Positions 11,901-20,608 of a stretch of DNA of 64,000 bases are shown in pieces. Origin of the DNA: Bacteroidota bacterium (GTDB taxonomy: Bacteria > Bacteroidota > Bacteroidia > Bacteroidales > UBA4417); assembly GCA_020048595.1 (NCBI GenBank), contig JAIFMH010000086.1, positions 17,277 through 81,276 on the forward strand, read 5' to 3'. Made by a program: the position numbers and the translations under genes. Under the pieces are notes generated by a model. The model saw nothing but the letters and a program-made list of their open reading frames with translations. It searched no databases and had not been told where the DNA came from. Numbering within the stretch: position 1 is the stretch's first letter; each line of letters starts with the position of its first letter.

Positions 11901-12212
11901 TAGCTCGATATTATCTTCCAGTAGCATTACTTCAAGGAATTTATTAGCGCTCTTAATTTCAAGGAGCTGGCTTTTCATTCCGATGAAATGAATTGCTAAA
12001 TTTTGGCCTAAGCTGGCCTGAATGGTAAACATTCCATTTACATCTGTAATAGTACCATTGGTAGTGCCGTCAATCATGATACTTGCACCGGGAATGGGGC
12101 TGCCATCTTTATCGCTAACTTTTCCCTTTATTTGAGATTGAGCAAAAATAATTGTGTTAGTGCACATAAAGATTACGAATAAGGCAAGAATTTTTTGCCA
12201 ATTTTTCATCAT
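8985..12212 (-). CDS. susC: SusC-like TonB-dependent transporter (full-length, with CarboxypepD_reg-like N-terminal domain)
   Basis: 1075 aa. The N-terminal domain reads GKVSDKDGSPIPGASIMIDGTTNGTITDVNGMFTIQ, followed by VVVGYGTQKKQSLVGAI. Plug motifs are PLILVDGVER and GVILITTKRGKEG. The C-terminus is ..LGLNVQF. Confidence 0.92.
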   Translation of the reverse strand: MMKNWQKILALFVIFMCTNTIIFAQSQIKGKVSDKDGSPIPGASIMIDGTTNGTITDVNGMFTIQASLGQNLAIHFIGMKSQLLEIKSANKFLEVMLLEDNIELQETVVVGYGTQKKQSLVGAIGTAKADDIKMQGNVSNMTDALTGLIPGVSVLSISGMPGGDAVTALSAGLKVYTPSEILIRGKTTWNNSSPLILVDGVERQMNEVDINEVESVSVLKDASATAVFGVKGGNGVILITTKRGKEGKTRFNVEAEMSFESASKLIDRVDTWEGAIARNYALERSRRFNNGSWTELYTSDKEIEYYKTGKYPYAYANQNWQDLMLKDFTKSYRVNTTASGGTKRAKYFASASYNHVGDIFDGQDVGTGYVPAYLYDRLNIRANFDFEITKTTQLAANFAGMYGLQTTPNRNSGALNGIFPVFTNLSGDTPIRVYEDGVPGTQDGRFNAANPWYDFNFTGTSSYPRTTINMDYTLTQKFDFITKGLSFVGKLAFDNTFRNNGKNIGNAGVVTKTIAKNFYLEGGYYDYATKTYMLNGSPANMADYTTYTEPTAGREGFGWVKTPNSFGTESVALGDAERSLYYQLQLQYSRSFDKHSVTAMAMFSRDQSETGSNWPHKREDWVGRITYDYNNRYFIEMNGAYNGSEKFGPAYRFDFFPSVAGGWMISNESFLKDQKWLDKLKLRYSYGLVGNDNLNTGSTWPYLTIWNTYSVNAYESNYYGYPSAYREYIRYNEGNPGNPDLRWEKAAKQNLGFEFAAFNNKLSLTADIFNEKRTDMLLGANDRSSTVPPIFGKPAPPANIGKANSHGAELEITYRNNVKKSLNYWITANWAVARSEVIYKESTELTLPHQKPEGKPLGQTVTGISTGFIESWDDLYSATGGANSSSNSFLLPGDLIMLDFNADGKYYGTDDNVPYGYPSYPQNNYGIALGTDYKGFDLTMRFLGAYNATRRISPSLFYYDNTYVPTVILGDTWSPEYNNSNPTYPALALSAKTYNPTGQYPEFDGSFFRLQSIQLGYSIPKHLLEPLRINNLKLYVNGRNLFLWTKMPNDGVGMDDPGSNYPTKKQINLGLNVQF

Positions 12213-12339
12213 AGTTTGTGAATTTTAAAGGTTTAATAAATTAGTTTAGTTTGAATGAAAGTTCTTTGCATAATTTCTGTCCATTAGTTGATTAATTATA
12301 GTTTTATGGTCGAAAGTATTTTATGAGGCTTAATAAAGC

Positions 12340-12365
12340 ATTAACAAATCATTAATAAAATTAAC
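12340..12365 (-). promoter_or_regulatory. Candidate operator: phased ATTAAY hexamers upstream of susC
   Basis: On the plus strand, ATTAAC (12340-45) N5 ATTAAT (12351-56) N3 ATTAAC (12360-65). This lies 128-153 bp upstream of the susC ATG at 12212. The same hexamer-N5-hexamer-N3-ATTAAC layout recurs at 58406-58431. Confidence 0.25.
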
Positions 12366-12409
12366 AAATGTTAAGATTTATAATTAACTGGCAACATTAC
12401 AATGAGTTA

Positions 12410-13466
12410 CGATTTAATAACCTGAGTTCGATATAAGCAACCATTAAAATAAAGCGAGTTGTCCAAATTCTGGTTCAACATCATACTTTATTCTTGGTTT
12501 TTTAGGTAGAAACGAATAAGCGATAAGACCTGAAATCAAGTTGGAGAGAAAGTTTGAGAATGATCTGTGTCTTGAATGTTCTACTTGACAAATGTTTTTA
12601 AGCTCATCATTAATGGTTTCAATGATTGATCTTTTTCGAAGCAGTATTTTATCACTTATCGACATCAGACTATTCTTCATATTTCGTTTGAGGCCAGTAA
12701 TTAACTGAATACCATCAATAAACAGTTGTTCAAATAGCTTCTGGCCGATATATCCTTTATCAGCAAATAGTTTTCCAAAGATATTCTTGAGGAAATTACT
12801 ATCCTTCAATGGAGTTCTATCGTCGATGTGACCAGGAGTAATTACAAAATCAAGAATCTCTCCGGTATCACTAACAACAATATGAAGCTTAAAGCCGAAG
12901 AAGTATCCCATGGTTGATTTTCCTCGGGTAGCAATGCCTTCAAATACTTTGTGATTAAAGATTCGATTGTTTTTACATACCCGAATGGAGGTAGAATCAA
13001 TAAATGAAATACCAGAGCAAGAACCTAACCGCATTATTTTTAGAAAAATAACCATTGGAGGTAATGCTTTCTGCTGCAACTCAACAAACCGATTATATGA
13101 AACAGTCTTGGGGAATTCTGATTTAAGAACCTTCTGCACAAAATTGATATAGAAGTGCTTAAGATTCCTGTACCCACCAAGATGGAACGCGATCATGATG
13201 GTAATAACTTCAGAATCTGAAAGCTTACATGGTTTGTTTCTTTTCTTTTTAGTGGTTTCATCAGCCAATACATGTCCCTCCATTACTTGGTAATATTCTT
13301 TGCAAAATTCGTCAGTATAGAAGAATATTTCGGTAATTTTGTCTGTCATAGAAATAAGGTTTTAAAAGTGTATGTATTTAATAGTCAGATATTTAAATAT
13401 ACACAAAACCTTATTTCTTTCCAACTATTTTCTCCTTTTTTATTTCGAACTCAGGTTAATAAATCG
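12410..13466 (-). mobile_element. IS982-family insertion sequence (about 1057 bp), apparently intact
   Basis: Terminal inverted repeats match at 24 of 26 positions: left is CGATTTAATAACCTGAGTTCGATATA (12410-12435), and the reverse complement of the right end (13441-13466) is CGATTTATTAACCTGAGTTCGAAATA. They enclose one uninterrupted 301-aa transposase ORF. I could not see a target-site duplication. Confidence 0.8.
12444..13349 (-). CDS. IS982-family DDE transposase
   Basis: 301 aa. The N-terminus MTDKITEIFFYTDEFCKEY.., and later ..IDSTSIRVC.., ..GFKLHIVV.., ..LFADKGYIG.., are typical in size and motifs for IS982-type transposases. The ORF is bracketed by inverted repeats. Confidence 0.85.
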   Translation of the reverse strand: MTDKITEIFFYTDEFCKEYYQVMEGHVLADETTKKKRNKPCKLSDSEVITIMIAFHLGGYRNLKHFYINFVQKVLKSEFPKTVSYNRFVELQQKALPPMVIFLKIMRLGSCSGISFIDSTSIRVCKNNRIFNHKVFEGIATRGKSTMGYFFGFKLHIVVSDTGEILDFVITPGHIDDRTPLKDSNFLKNIFGKLFADKGYIGQKLFEQLFIDGIQLITGLKRNMKNSLMSISDKILLRKRSIIETINDELKNICQVEHSRHRSFSNFLSNLISGLIAYSFLPKKPRIKYDVEPEFGQLALF

Positions 13467-13550
13467 AATCATATTTCCATTCAATATTAATTAGTATAAG
13501 CAGTAGTCGTAATCCTGATGATTGCACCTTCATTTCACTTTGATTTAGGT

Positions 13551-15164
13551 TTATAGTTGACGTTTTTTAACACCGTCGTAGTGTTTCGAGTTCGTTTTTT
13601 GCAACCACTCTAACAGATACCCTCTTAATTCTTCTGCTTTCGCTTTGTATTTTGAACTTTCAGAATTTGAGCCTAACAGATTATTCATTTCGTGAGGGTC
13701 GCTGTTCAAATCATACATAGCATTAATCACCTTGGATTCTTTAGAATAAGGAACCAGCAATTTCCATCCCTTATGCATGACCATGTAGTTTGAAATGACA
13801 TCACCTCTAAAATTCCACTCGGTCACGATATATTCCGGGCGGTCTGTTTTTTTGTTTTCAATAAGGTCTCTCAGGCTCCGTCCGTCAGACTTGAACTTTT
13901 CGCCAACTCCGGTATAATCAAGTATGGTGGAGAACAAGTCAATATTCGTCACATAATGGCCGACAACGGTTCCTTTTTTAATTTCCTTCGGGAAACGGAT
14001 CATTAAAGGAATCTGGGCTGATTCAGTATAAAAAACATTTTTTTCGCGCATTCCATGCGAACCAAGCATTTCGCCGTGGTCGCTGGTAAAAATTACGATT
14101 GTATTTTCAGTCAATCCCAGTTCATCGAGTGTATCGAGTATTTTGCCAATCCAGTCATCGATTTCTGTCACCAGGGCATAGTAATTGGCAATCATGTATT
14201 TTATCTTTTGGGGATCTGCGTATTCGGTACTTTCCAGTCTGCCGTTATAGGCCATGTAAGGCGAGTTCTGCATGTTGTCGCCAATACTGGCCGGTACCGG
14301 CATTTCCTGGTGATTATACATTTTTGCATACTTTTCAATGGGAATCATCGGGGCATGCGGAAAATTGATGGATGCGGTAATGCTAAACGACTTATCCCTG
14401 TTTCTTTTCAATGCCTCAATCGCATTTATACATGTAAATGCGGTGGATGTATGCTCAGGTGGAATGTTTGAAACGCCATGCAGCTCAGTTTGAGCGAAAC
14501 GTTCTGTTTTTCGTTTCTCCAAAACATCCTTGTAATTCATCCCATAATGTTTATCAATGGGATTAGGGGTATAAGCTCTACCCGTTTCCGATGAAATGAG
14601 CTGGCCTTCTTTTGGTTCCACATACGGAACATGCTCTTGTATGTATGATTTATATTCGTTTAAAGTAACAAACCTGCTGTAAATTTTCGTCGGTTCTTCC
14701 GGACAATGCCATTTGCCGAAATATTCGCACGTATAGCCATTGTCATGCAATAACTCATCGAAAGTGGGCATGGTTAAAACCGGCACATCAGGTTCATCTT
14801 TCCAGATGGAATTGGTGCGAACGCCATTGTTTTCAATGGTATGACCGCTTAATAGGGTAGCCCTTGCCGGAGCACAAACAGCACACTGCGTATAGGTATT
14901 TATAAAATAGGCACCCTGCCTGGCCAACCGGTCAAGATTTGGCGTTTTTATCATGCTGTTCCCGGCCATACCAAGGGCATCGGCTCTTTGCTGGTCGGTC
15001 ATTATAAACAGTACGTTAGGTTTGGAAGCCTCTTTTTTAGCTGTACAAGTCAACGACAGCGTTGCAAGAAATATGAAACCAGGGTTAAAAAACCTGATCT
15101 TATCCAAAACAATTACCACTGATTTTAGCCTTTTCATAATTACTAATTGATTTTTATTCTTCAT
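13551..15164 (-). CDS. Formylglycine-dependent sulfatase (DQQ-type paralog group)
   Basis: 537 aa with motifs NVLFIMTDQQRADALG, CAVCAPARATLLSGH (C-x-P-x-R) and TSDHGEMLGSHGM. The ATG at 15164 overlaps the upstream gene by 11 nt; an alternative start is at 15137 (MKRLKS..). A probable lipobox is LSLTC. Confidence 0.9.
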   Translation of the reverse strand: MKNKNQLVIMKRLKSVVIVLDKIRFFNPGFIFLATLSLTCTAKKEASKPNVLFIMTDQQRADALGMAGNSMIKTPNLDRLARQGAYFINTYTQCAVCAPARATLLSGHTIENNGVRTNSIWKDEPDVPVLTMPTFDELLHDNGYTCEYFGKWHCPEEPTKIYSRFVTLNEYKSYIQEHVPYVEPKEGQLISSETGRAYTPNPIDKHYGMNYKDVLEKRKTERFAQTELHGVSNIPPEHTSTAFTCINAIEALKRNRDKSFSITASINFPHAPMIPIEKYAKMYNHQEMPVPASIGDNMQNSPYMAYNGRLESTEYADPQKIKYMIANYYALVTEIDDWIGKILDTLDELGLTENTIVIFTSDHGEMLGSHGMREKNVFYTESAQIPLMIRFPKEIKKGTVVGHYVTNIDLFSTILDYTGVGEKFKSDGRSLRDLIENKKTDRPEYIVTEWNFRGDVISNYMVMHKGWKLLVPYSKESKVINAMYDLNSDPHEMNNLLGSNSESSKYKAKAEELRGYLLEWLQKTNSKHYDGVKKRQL

Positions 15165-16548
15165 TTTTCCCTTTCAGGTAAGAAGCAGGAAGGGTAGCTA
15201 CCCACTGCTCCATTTTCTGTTTCAGTTCAGTCACTTTTTCGGGATATTTATTAGCGAGGTCATTTAATTCTTTTGGATCAACTGAAAGGTCATACAGGAC
15301 ATAGCCATTTCCCTGCTGATGCAATTTCCAGTTCCCATCGAGCATCGACGCTTTGGCTTTTACCGCGCTTGTACGCCAGAATAGAGGTGTGGTCCGTTGC
15401 CCGTTTCCTCCTTTTAAAACATCGGACCTATCTTCTCCTTCAAATCCTTCATCTTTAATTGGAATACCAGCCAGGCTGCACAAGGTGGGCAGGTAATCGA
15501 TTCCGGATACGATGGAAGTTTTATTGAGCTTATTCGCCGGTATTTTACCCGGCCACCTGATAATGAAAGGAGAGCGCACCCCACCTTCGAATTGAGTATG
15601 TTTACCACCCCTAAATCCTCCGGCATACCCTAGCATATTCTGACTGGGGATTACTCCTGTATTTTCGCCGATACGATTGTTTTTGCCTTTTGCTTCATAG
15701 CTGGCAACAATGACCGGGGCAGGCCCCTGGTCGCTGGAGAAAATTACGATGGTGTTTTCCCTGAGTCCCCATTCGTCGAGTTTCTTCATTAAACGGTCAA
15801 CCTGAATGTCAAGCGAGTAAACGTCACCAAGATAATTTTGCATCGACTTTTCAATATTTCCACCAAGCTTTTCACAGTCGTCAAACTTCGATTGCATGTG
15901 TTCTCCAAAATCTGACCGTTTAATCCGGACATCTTTAAAGGGCTCAACTAAAGAAGCAACCGGATCGACTTCATAATGCGAAATGTGGCCCCAAATATTT
16001 ACATAAAAAGGTTTATCCTTGTTTTTTTCAATAAATTTTGTTGCAGATTCAAACAGATCAGCATCACGACCTCCATCGGATGTTATATTACCCCCAATAA
16101 TCCCAATTTCATCGATACCATAGGTTCCATTCTGCACCGGATTCTTTTTATTCTCGGGACCAATGTGCCATTTGCCGAAGTGCCCGGTGGTGTAACCGTT
16201 TTGTTTGAACAGTTCGGTAACTGTACGATTTCCGGCAAAACCATAATTTGCCATGTATTCAGGGTAACTGGCCGGGTGCCTGCTGGTCATGATTCCCGTG
16301 CGGGAAGGGCAACAGGTTACACCGGTAACATAAAAGCGCTCAAAACGCGTTCCTTCGGATGCCAATTTATCAAGGGCGGGTGTTTTTGCATACGGATGGC
16401 CGTAACAATGCAAATCGCCCCATCCCAGGTCGTCTGCAAAAATAAAAACTACGTTTGGCCTGCCTGTCTGCGCGGCAGGTTTATCCTGTGCGTTCAGGAA
16501 TGTTGAACAACTAATCAGGAAAAACAGAAGGCTTAAATTTTTTGTCAT
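15154..16548 (-). CDS. Formylglycine-dependent sulfatase
   Basis: 464 aa with a signal peptide. Motifs: PNVVFIFADDLGWGDL, GVTCCPSRTGIMTSRHP, SSDQGP. Confidence 0.9.
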   Translation of the reverse strand: MTKNLSLLFFLISCSTFLNAQDKPAAQTGRPNVVFIFADDLGWGDLHCYGHPYAKTPALDKLASEGTRFERFYVTGVTCCPSRTGIMTSRHPASYPEYMANYGFAGNRTVTELFKQNGYTTGHFGKWHIGPENKKNPVQNGTYGIDEIGIIGGNITSDGGRDADLFESATKFIEKNKDKPFYVNIWGHISHYEVDPVASLVEPFKDVRIKRSDFGEHMQSKFDDCEKLGGNIEKSMQNYLGDVYSLDIQVDRLMKKLDEWGLRENTIVIFSSDQGPAPVIVASYEAKGKNNRIGENTGVIPSQNMLGYAGGFRGGKHTQFEGGVRSPFIIRWPGKIPANKLNKTSIVSGIDYLPTLCSLAGIPIKDEGFEGEDRSDVLKGGNGQRTTPLFWRTSAVKAKASMLDGNWKLHQQGNGYVLYDLSVDPKELNDLANKYPEKVTELKQKMEQWVATLPASYLKGKNEE

Positions 16549-16605
16549 TTATACTTTATTTTAGATTGTTATTTAAAAGTCAGTACAGTGATTCCGGATG
16601 CTTAA

Positions 16606-17589
16606 TTATTTGTCAGTCTCATCTGTGATGTAAAATTCATAGGTAGTCTCCCATGAAAATTCTTTACCCGGTTCAATGGCAATATTTATATAAGGTTCAG
16701 GGCATATTGTTTTATCATTGCACCAAAACACCAATTTAGAAATAGGTTGACTTCCCTTCATTCTCACTCCGGCACCTGTTTTATAGCAATCAATTTGAAT
16801 ATCATATCCATCCGGGTTGTTGTTTATTCCTTCGAGTGAACCACAATAAACGGACTCGCCTTTGGCTAAGGATCGCATAATTTTTAGCTTATTTTCATTT
16901 ACCTCTGCGATTTCTCCAATTCCTCTGCCTTTAGCAGAACAAACTATATTTTCCGGAAATGTCAATTCAAAGCCCTTACCAACAACCTGATGATCAAACA
17001 CAAAAAAGTTGTGGTTGAAAACATGAGTTTCAATGCGTTGCTTCCCTTTATTTTTAAGTCGGTATGAAATACGCATTTCAGGTTTACCTTCAACAAACTC
17101 AATGATTTTGGTATACTCATAAGGATAATCCTTGTGGTTTAAAATATGCTGAAACTGTATTTTTGCCGTCTCCCTTTCTATTTTCCATTTTCCCGGATCA
17201 ATGATTGGATAAGTAGAAAAAGCTTTGTATAGTGTATTCGAAAGTTTCGTTAAAGTTCCTACTCCAATTTTCACAAAAGAGCCTCCCGGTTTGGTTTCAT
17301 CATAATTCAGGGGTTCAAAAGAATCTACAGGCCCCATGATTGCATCGTGAAGGGTCGGCTTATATTTTTCGAACCATTTCCCAAAATAATTATGCCCATT
17401 GTACTCAAGACTCGAAATGATTCCTGCCCAATCGAACCGGGTGGCCCTGTAATAGCCATTATTTGTGTCGGGAAGATAAAGGCTGGCTTTAATTATTCCA
17501 TTTGAAATTTCGGTTTGCGGATTTTCTCCGATACGAAAACCAGTTAGAACAATATAAATAAACAGTATAAATACACCTTCCCTTTTCAT
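16606..17589 (-). CDS. Exported conserved hypothetical protein (fold/function unknown; all-beta sugar-binding fold is only a guess)
   Basis: 327 aa with a hydrophobic N-terminus. I recognise no catalytic family motif. It contains ..YYRATRFDWAGIISSLEYNGHNYFGKWF.. and is embedded between sulfatase genes in the same operon-like array. Confidence 0.5.
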   Translation of the reverse strand: MKREGVFILFIYIVLTGFRIGENPQTEISNGIIKASLYLPDTNNGYYRATRFDWAGIISSLEYNGHNYFGKWFEKYKPTLHDAIMGPVDSFEPLNYDETKPGGSFVKIGVGTLTKLSNTLYKAFSTYPIIDPGKWKIERETAKIQFQHILNHKDYPYEYTKIIEFVEGKPEMRISYRLKNKGKQRIETHVFNHNFFVFDHQVVGKGFELTFPENIVCSAKGRGIGEIAEVNENKLKIMRSLAKGESVYCGSLEGINNNPDGYDIQIDCYKTGAGVRMKGSQPISKLVFWCNDKTICPEPYINIAIEPGKEFSWETTYEFYITDETDK

Positions 17590-17636
17590 TCGCTTATTCC
17601 TTCTAATTTATTGATTGTTTATTTTTTAAAAAAGGT

Positions 17637-19100
17637 TTATCGGCTCGAAGATGCATTTCGAATCCTGTTCAATTCATCCAACAACTGTTTTACTTTCTCC
17701 GGATGCTTATCGTACAAATTAATTTGCTCGGCAGGGTCATCTTTCAGGTTATATAACTGAGGTATTTCGTTTTTGTACTGATTCAACATCTTTTCCGGAA
17801 AACCGGGAGGTGGAGAGTTATCAATAAACTTCCAGTCGCCGATTCGGATGGCGTGCATACCTTTGGAATCAGCTGTAACCATTGATTTGCGTGGATTATT
17901 ATTTTCCTTTTTCAGCAACGATGGAAGAAAACTGAAACTGTCAGACGCCACTTCTTTGTCGTTTGGCAGAACGCTGCCCGAAATGTCAGCCACAGTTGCA
18001 AAAATATCCGTGAGATTAACCAAATCATTGGAAACTGAGCGCTGTTCCACTTTCCCGGGCCAGGATACGATGAAAGGGACATTGGTCCCTCCTTCCCAAA
18101 TCGTATGCTTTCTACCCCTGAGGTTACCATTAATTTTCAATCCGTATTTGATGGCCTGGCTTTCCTCTTCCTCGGGTTTATTTTCCGGAATTACCCCGCC
18201 ATTGTCGCTGGAGAAAATAATGATGGTATTGTCGTAAAGATTTAAATACTTTAAAGTCTCAATTATCCTGCCCACACTTAAATCCACATCCTGAATAAAG
18301 TCTCCGTAAGGACCACAATCGCTGAGTCCCCTCATGAAATCCGAAGGTGTAATCGGACGATGGACAGCTACAGCCGCAAAATATAAGAAGAAAGGGGTAT
18401 CGGCTGATTGGTCTTTCAGCCAATCAATTGACTTTTCAGTAAGAACTTCCATTACATCTTTATTTACGCGCTGAGGTGCATCAAATCCTTTGTAAGGGGT
18501 TCCATAATACGTTCTGGAATATGGCTGTGCTTTTTTACCCCTTAAACCATAAATCTCATCATTTTCGATGTACACGCCCCAATAATCGCCATGATTCTGC
18601 GGAACGGCAAAATGATAATCAAATCCCAAATCAAGTGGCCCCGGGGTTAATTTACCGGTAAAATCACAAGGTTTTTTATTCCCGTATCCCAAATGCCACT
18701 TACCAATTGCAGCAGTGTTGTACCCCTGATTATTTAACAGATCAGCAACGGTTTCTTTGTCAGGATCCGGTAATAAAGCGCCGTCCGGGTCAACCACTCC
18801 AAATTTTAACGAAGACCTCCAGGGATAACTCCCGGTTAAAAGCCCATAACGGGTTGGTGTACATACTGAAGCCGGTGTGTGCGCATGGGTAAAACGCATC
18901 CCTGCTTCGGCCAAATCATCAATATGCGGAGTGCGCACAAGATTCTTATCAGCTCCGTATGCGTTTACACTTCCGTAACCAAAATCATCGGCCAGGATGA
19001 ATACGATGTTGGGCTTTGGAGTTTGAGCCTTTGCCAGACTTATTGGACAAGAAAGGATTACTCCCCAAATCAAATGTTTTAATTGATGATTCATATTCAC
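17637..19100 (-). CDS. Formylglycine-dependent sulfatase (arylsulfatase A/B-like)
   Basis: 487 aa with a signal peptide. Motifs: PNIVFILADDFGYGS, ASVCTPTRYGLLTGSYPWR, SSDNGG, and the C-terminal LYNLKDDPAEQINLY. Confidence 0.9.
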   Translation of the reverse strand: MNMNHQLKHLIWGVILSCPISLAKAQTPKPNIVFILADDFGYGSVNAYGADKNLVRTPHIDDLAEAGMRFTHAHTPASVCTPTRYGLLTGSYPWRSSLKFGVVDPDGALLPDPDKETVADLLNNQGYNTAAIGKWHLGYGNKKPCDFTGKLTPGPLDLGFDYHFAVPQNHGDYWGVYIENDEIYGLRGKKAQPYSRTYYGTPYKGFDAPQRVNKDVMEVLTEKSIDWLKDQSADTPFFLYFAAVAVHRPITPSDFMRGLSDCGPYGDFIQDVDLSVGRIIETLKYLNLYDNTIIIFSSDNGGVIPENKPEEEESQAIKYGLKINGNLRGRKHTIWEGGTNVPFIVSWPGKVEQRSVSNDLVNLTDIFATVADISGSVLPNDKEVASDSFSFLPSLLKKENNNPRKSMVTADSKGMHAIRIGDWKFIDNSPPPGFPEKMLNQYKNEIPQLYNLKDDPAEQINLYDKHPEKVKQLLDELNRIRNASSSR

Positions 19101-19121
19101 GATTTATTCTTAGTTTATACT

Positions 19122-20558
19122 TTACTTTTTTTTCTTAACCACCCCCGAATATTCAGGGCGATTACCATATTCTTTACTAAAATTTTCGTAGCGTGGATCA
19201 TCTACCCAAAAATGAGATTCAGGTTCATCCGGATTAACTTTCCCTTCAGGATAATCCTTGCCTGAGATACTATTTTCAACGGATTCATGCCATTTGATGA
19301 ATTGCTTTTTCATCTGCTCAAAGATTTCCGGGTTTTTATTCGAAATGTTATTTGATTCCGTTTTATCGGCTACAAGGTTGTACAGTTCAAAAGTACCTTG
19401 ACTGATATTTGTTGCAACCAGTTTAAACTCGTTATCGATTAATGCACCTTTTCCCTGAAAAATGAACGGAATTGGCTTTGTACGTTCCTTTAACTTTTGA
19501 TTTTCAAGAAGTGGTTTTATGCTAAATCCATCGACAGGTTGAAGCATCGCGTTATCCGGAATATTCAGAATATCCGCTATCGTTGGAAAAATGTCCATTG
19601 TAGTTGCAGGATAACTGGTAATGTTAGGTTTTATATGACCATTCCATTCAATGACGCATGGCACACGAATTCCGCCATCCCAGACGTCACCTTTGTTTCC
19701 ACGCAAACCGCCAACCGTTTCAGGTTCAATACCGGGGAGGCCGCCATTATCACTGCAATACCAGATAAGTGTATTGTTCGCAACTTTCAACTCTCGTAAT
19801 TTTGAACGCAATGTACCCAAACTACGGTCGAAGGCGACAAGCTCGCCATAGTGGTTCCTGCTTTTGGGTTCCAAATCATTAAGCTCCTTCATATCTTCGT
19901 CGGTTGCAACAAATGGTGAGTGAGGCGAGCCGTCCCAAATTACCGCAAAGAATGGTTGTTTCTTCTTAATAGTTCTTTCAATAAATTTCAACGCCTCATC
20001 AACTAGTATATCTGACGATGTTCCTTCAAATTCTTCGAAATCACCGTTTCGACTCATAATTGGATTAATGTCGAAAAAATTGCTTACTGACAACCACGTA
20101 TCAAAACCAAACTCACCGGGAGAATGTGTGTCTTCTTTAAAAATGGGTACTCCTGGTCCACGTAAACCGTTCAGGTGCCATTTTCCAAAATGACCGGTAG
20201 CATACCCGATATCTTTTAATGCTTCAGGTAAAACTCTTTCCTGCTTTCTTAAAGCATATCCATGCGAAGGAACTCCTGAGCGAACACATGATCTTCCTGT
20301 CATAATACTTGCCCTGGTTGGAGAGCACACCGGTGCACCTGCATAAAACCGATCGAAACGTAATCCGTTTTCAGCCATTTTATCCAGGTTGGGTGTTTTC
20401 AAAACAGGATGATGATAATAACCTGTTTCTCCCCAACCCTGATCGTCGGTCATGATTAAAATAATGTTAGGACGTTCCTCTTGTGCACGGGCACTTATCC
20501 TGAATAATGGTCCAAATAGTAAAGTCAGGAACAAAATTGTTATCTCTTTCGGCATCAT
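19122..20558 (-). CDS. Formylglycine-dependent sulfatase
   Basis: 478 aa. Motifs: PNIILIMTDDQGWGE, APVCSPTRASIMTGR, CSDNGG. Confidence 0.9.
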   Translation of the reverse strand: MMPKEITILFLTLLFGPLFRISARAQEERPNIILIMTDDQGWGETGYYHHPVLKTPNLDKMAENGLRFDRFYAGAPVCSPTRASIMTGRSCVRSGVPSHGYALRKQERVLPEALKDIGYATGHFGKWHLNGLRGPGVPIFKEDTHSPGEFGFDTWLSVSNFFDINPIMSRNGDFEEFEGTSSDILVDEALKFIERTIKKKQPFFAVIWDGSPHSPFVATDEDMKELNDLEPKSRNHYGELVAFDRSLGTLRSKLRELKVANNTLIWYCSDNGGLPGIEPETVGGLRGNKGDVWDGGIRVPCVIEWNGHIKPNITSYPATTMDIFPTIADILNIPDNAMLQPVDGFSIKPLLENQKLKERTKPIPFIFQGKGALIDNEFKLVATNISQGTFELYNLVADKTESNNISNKNPEIFEQMKKQFIKWHESVENSISGKDYPEGKVNPDEPESHFWVDDPRYENFSKEYGNRPEYSGVVKKKK

Positions 20559-20608
20559 ATTTATTTTTAAGTTTTTTCAAAAAATACCGGGGCCAACCAT
20601 TTTTGATA

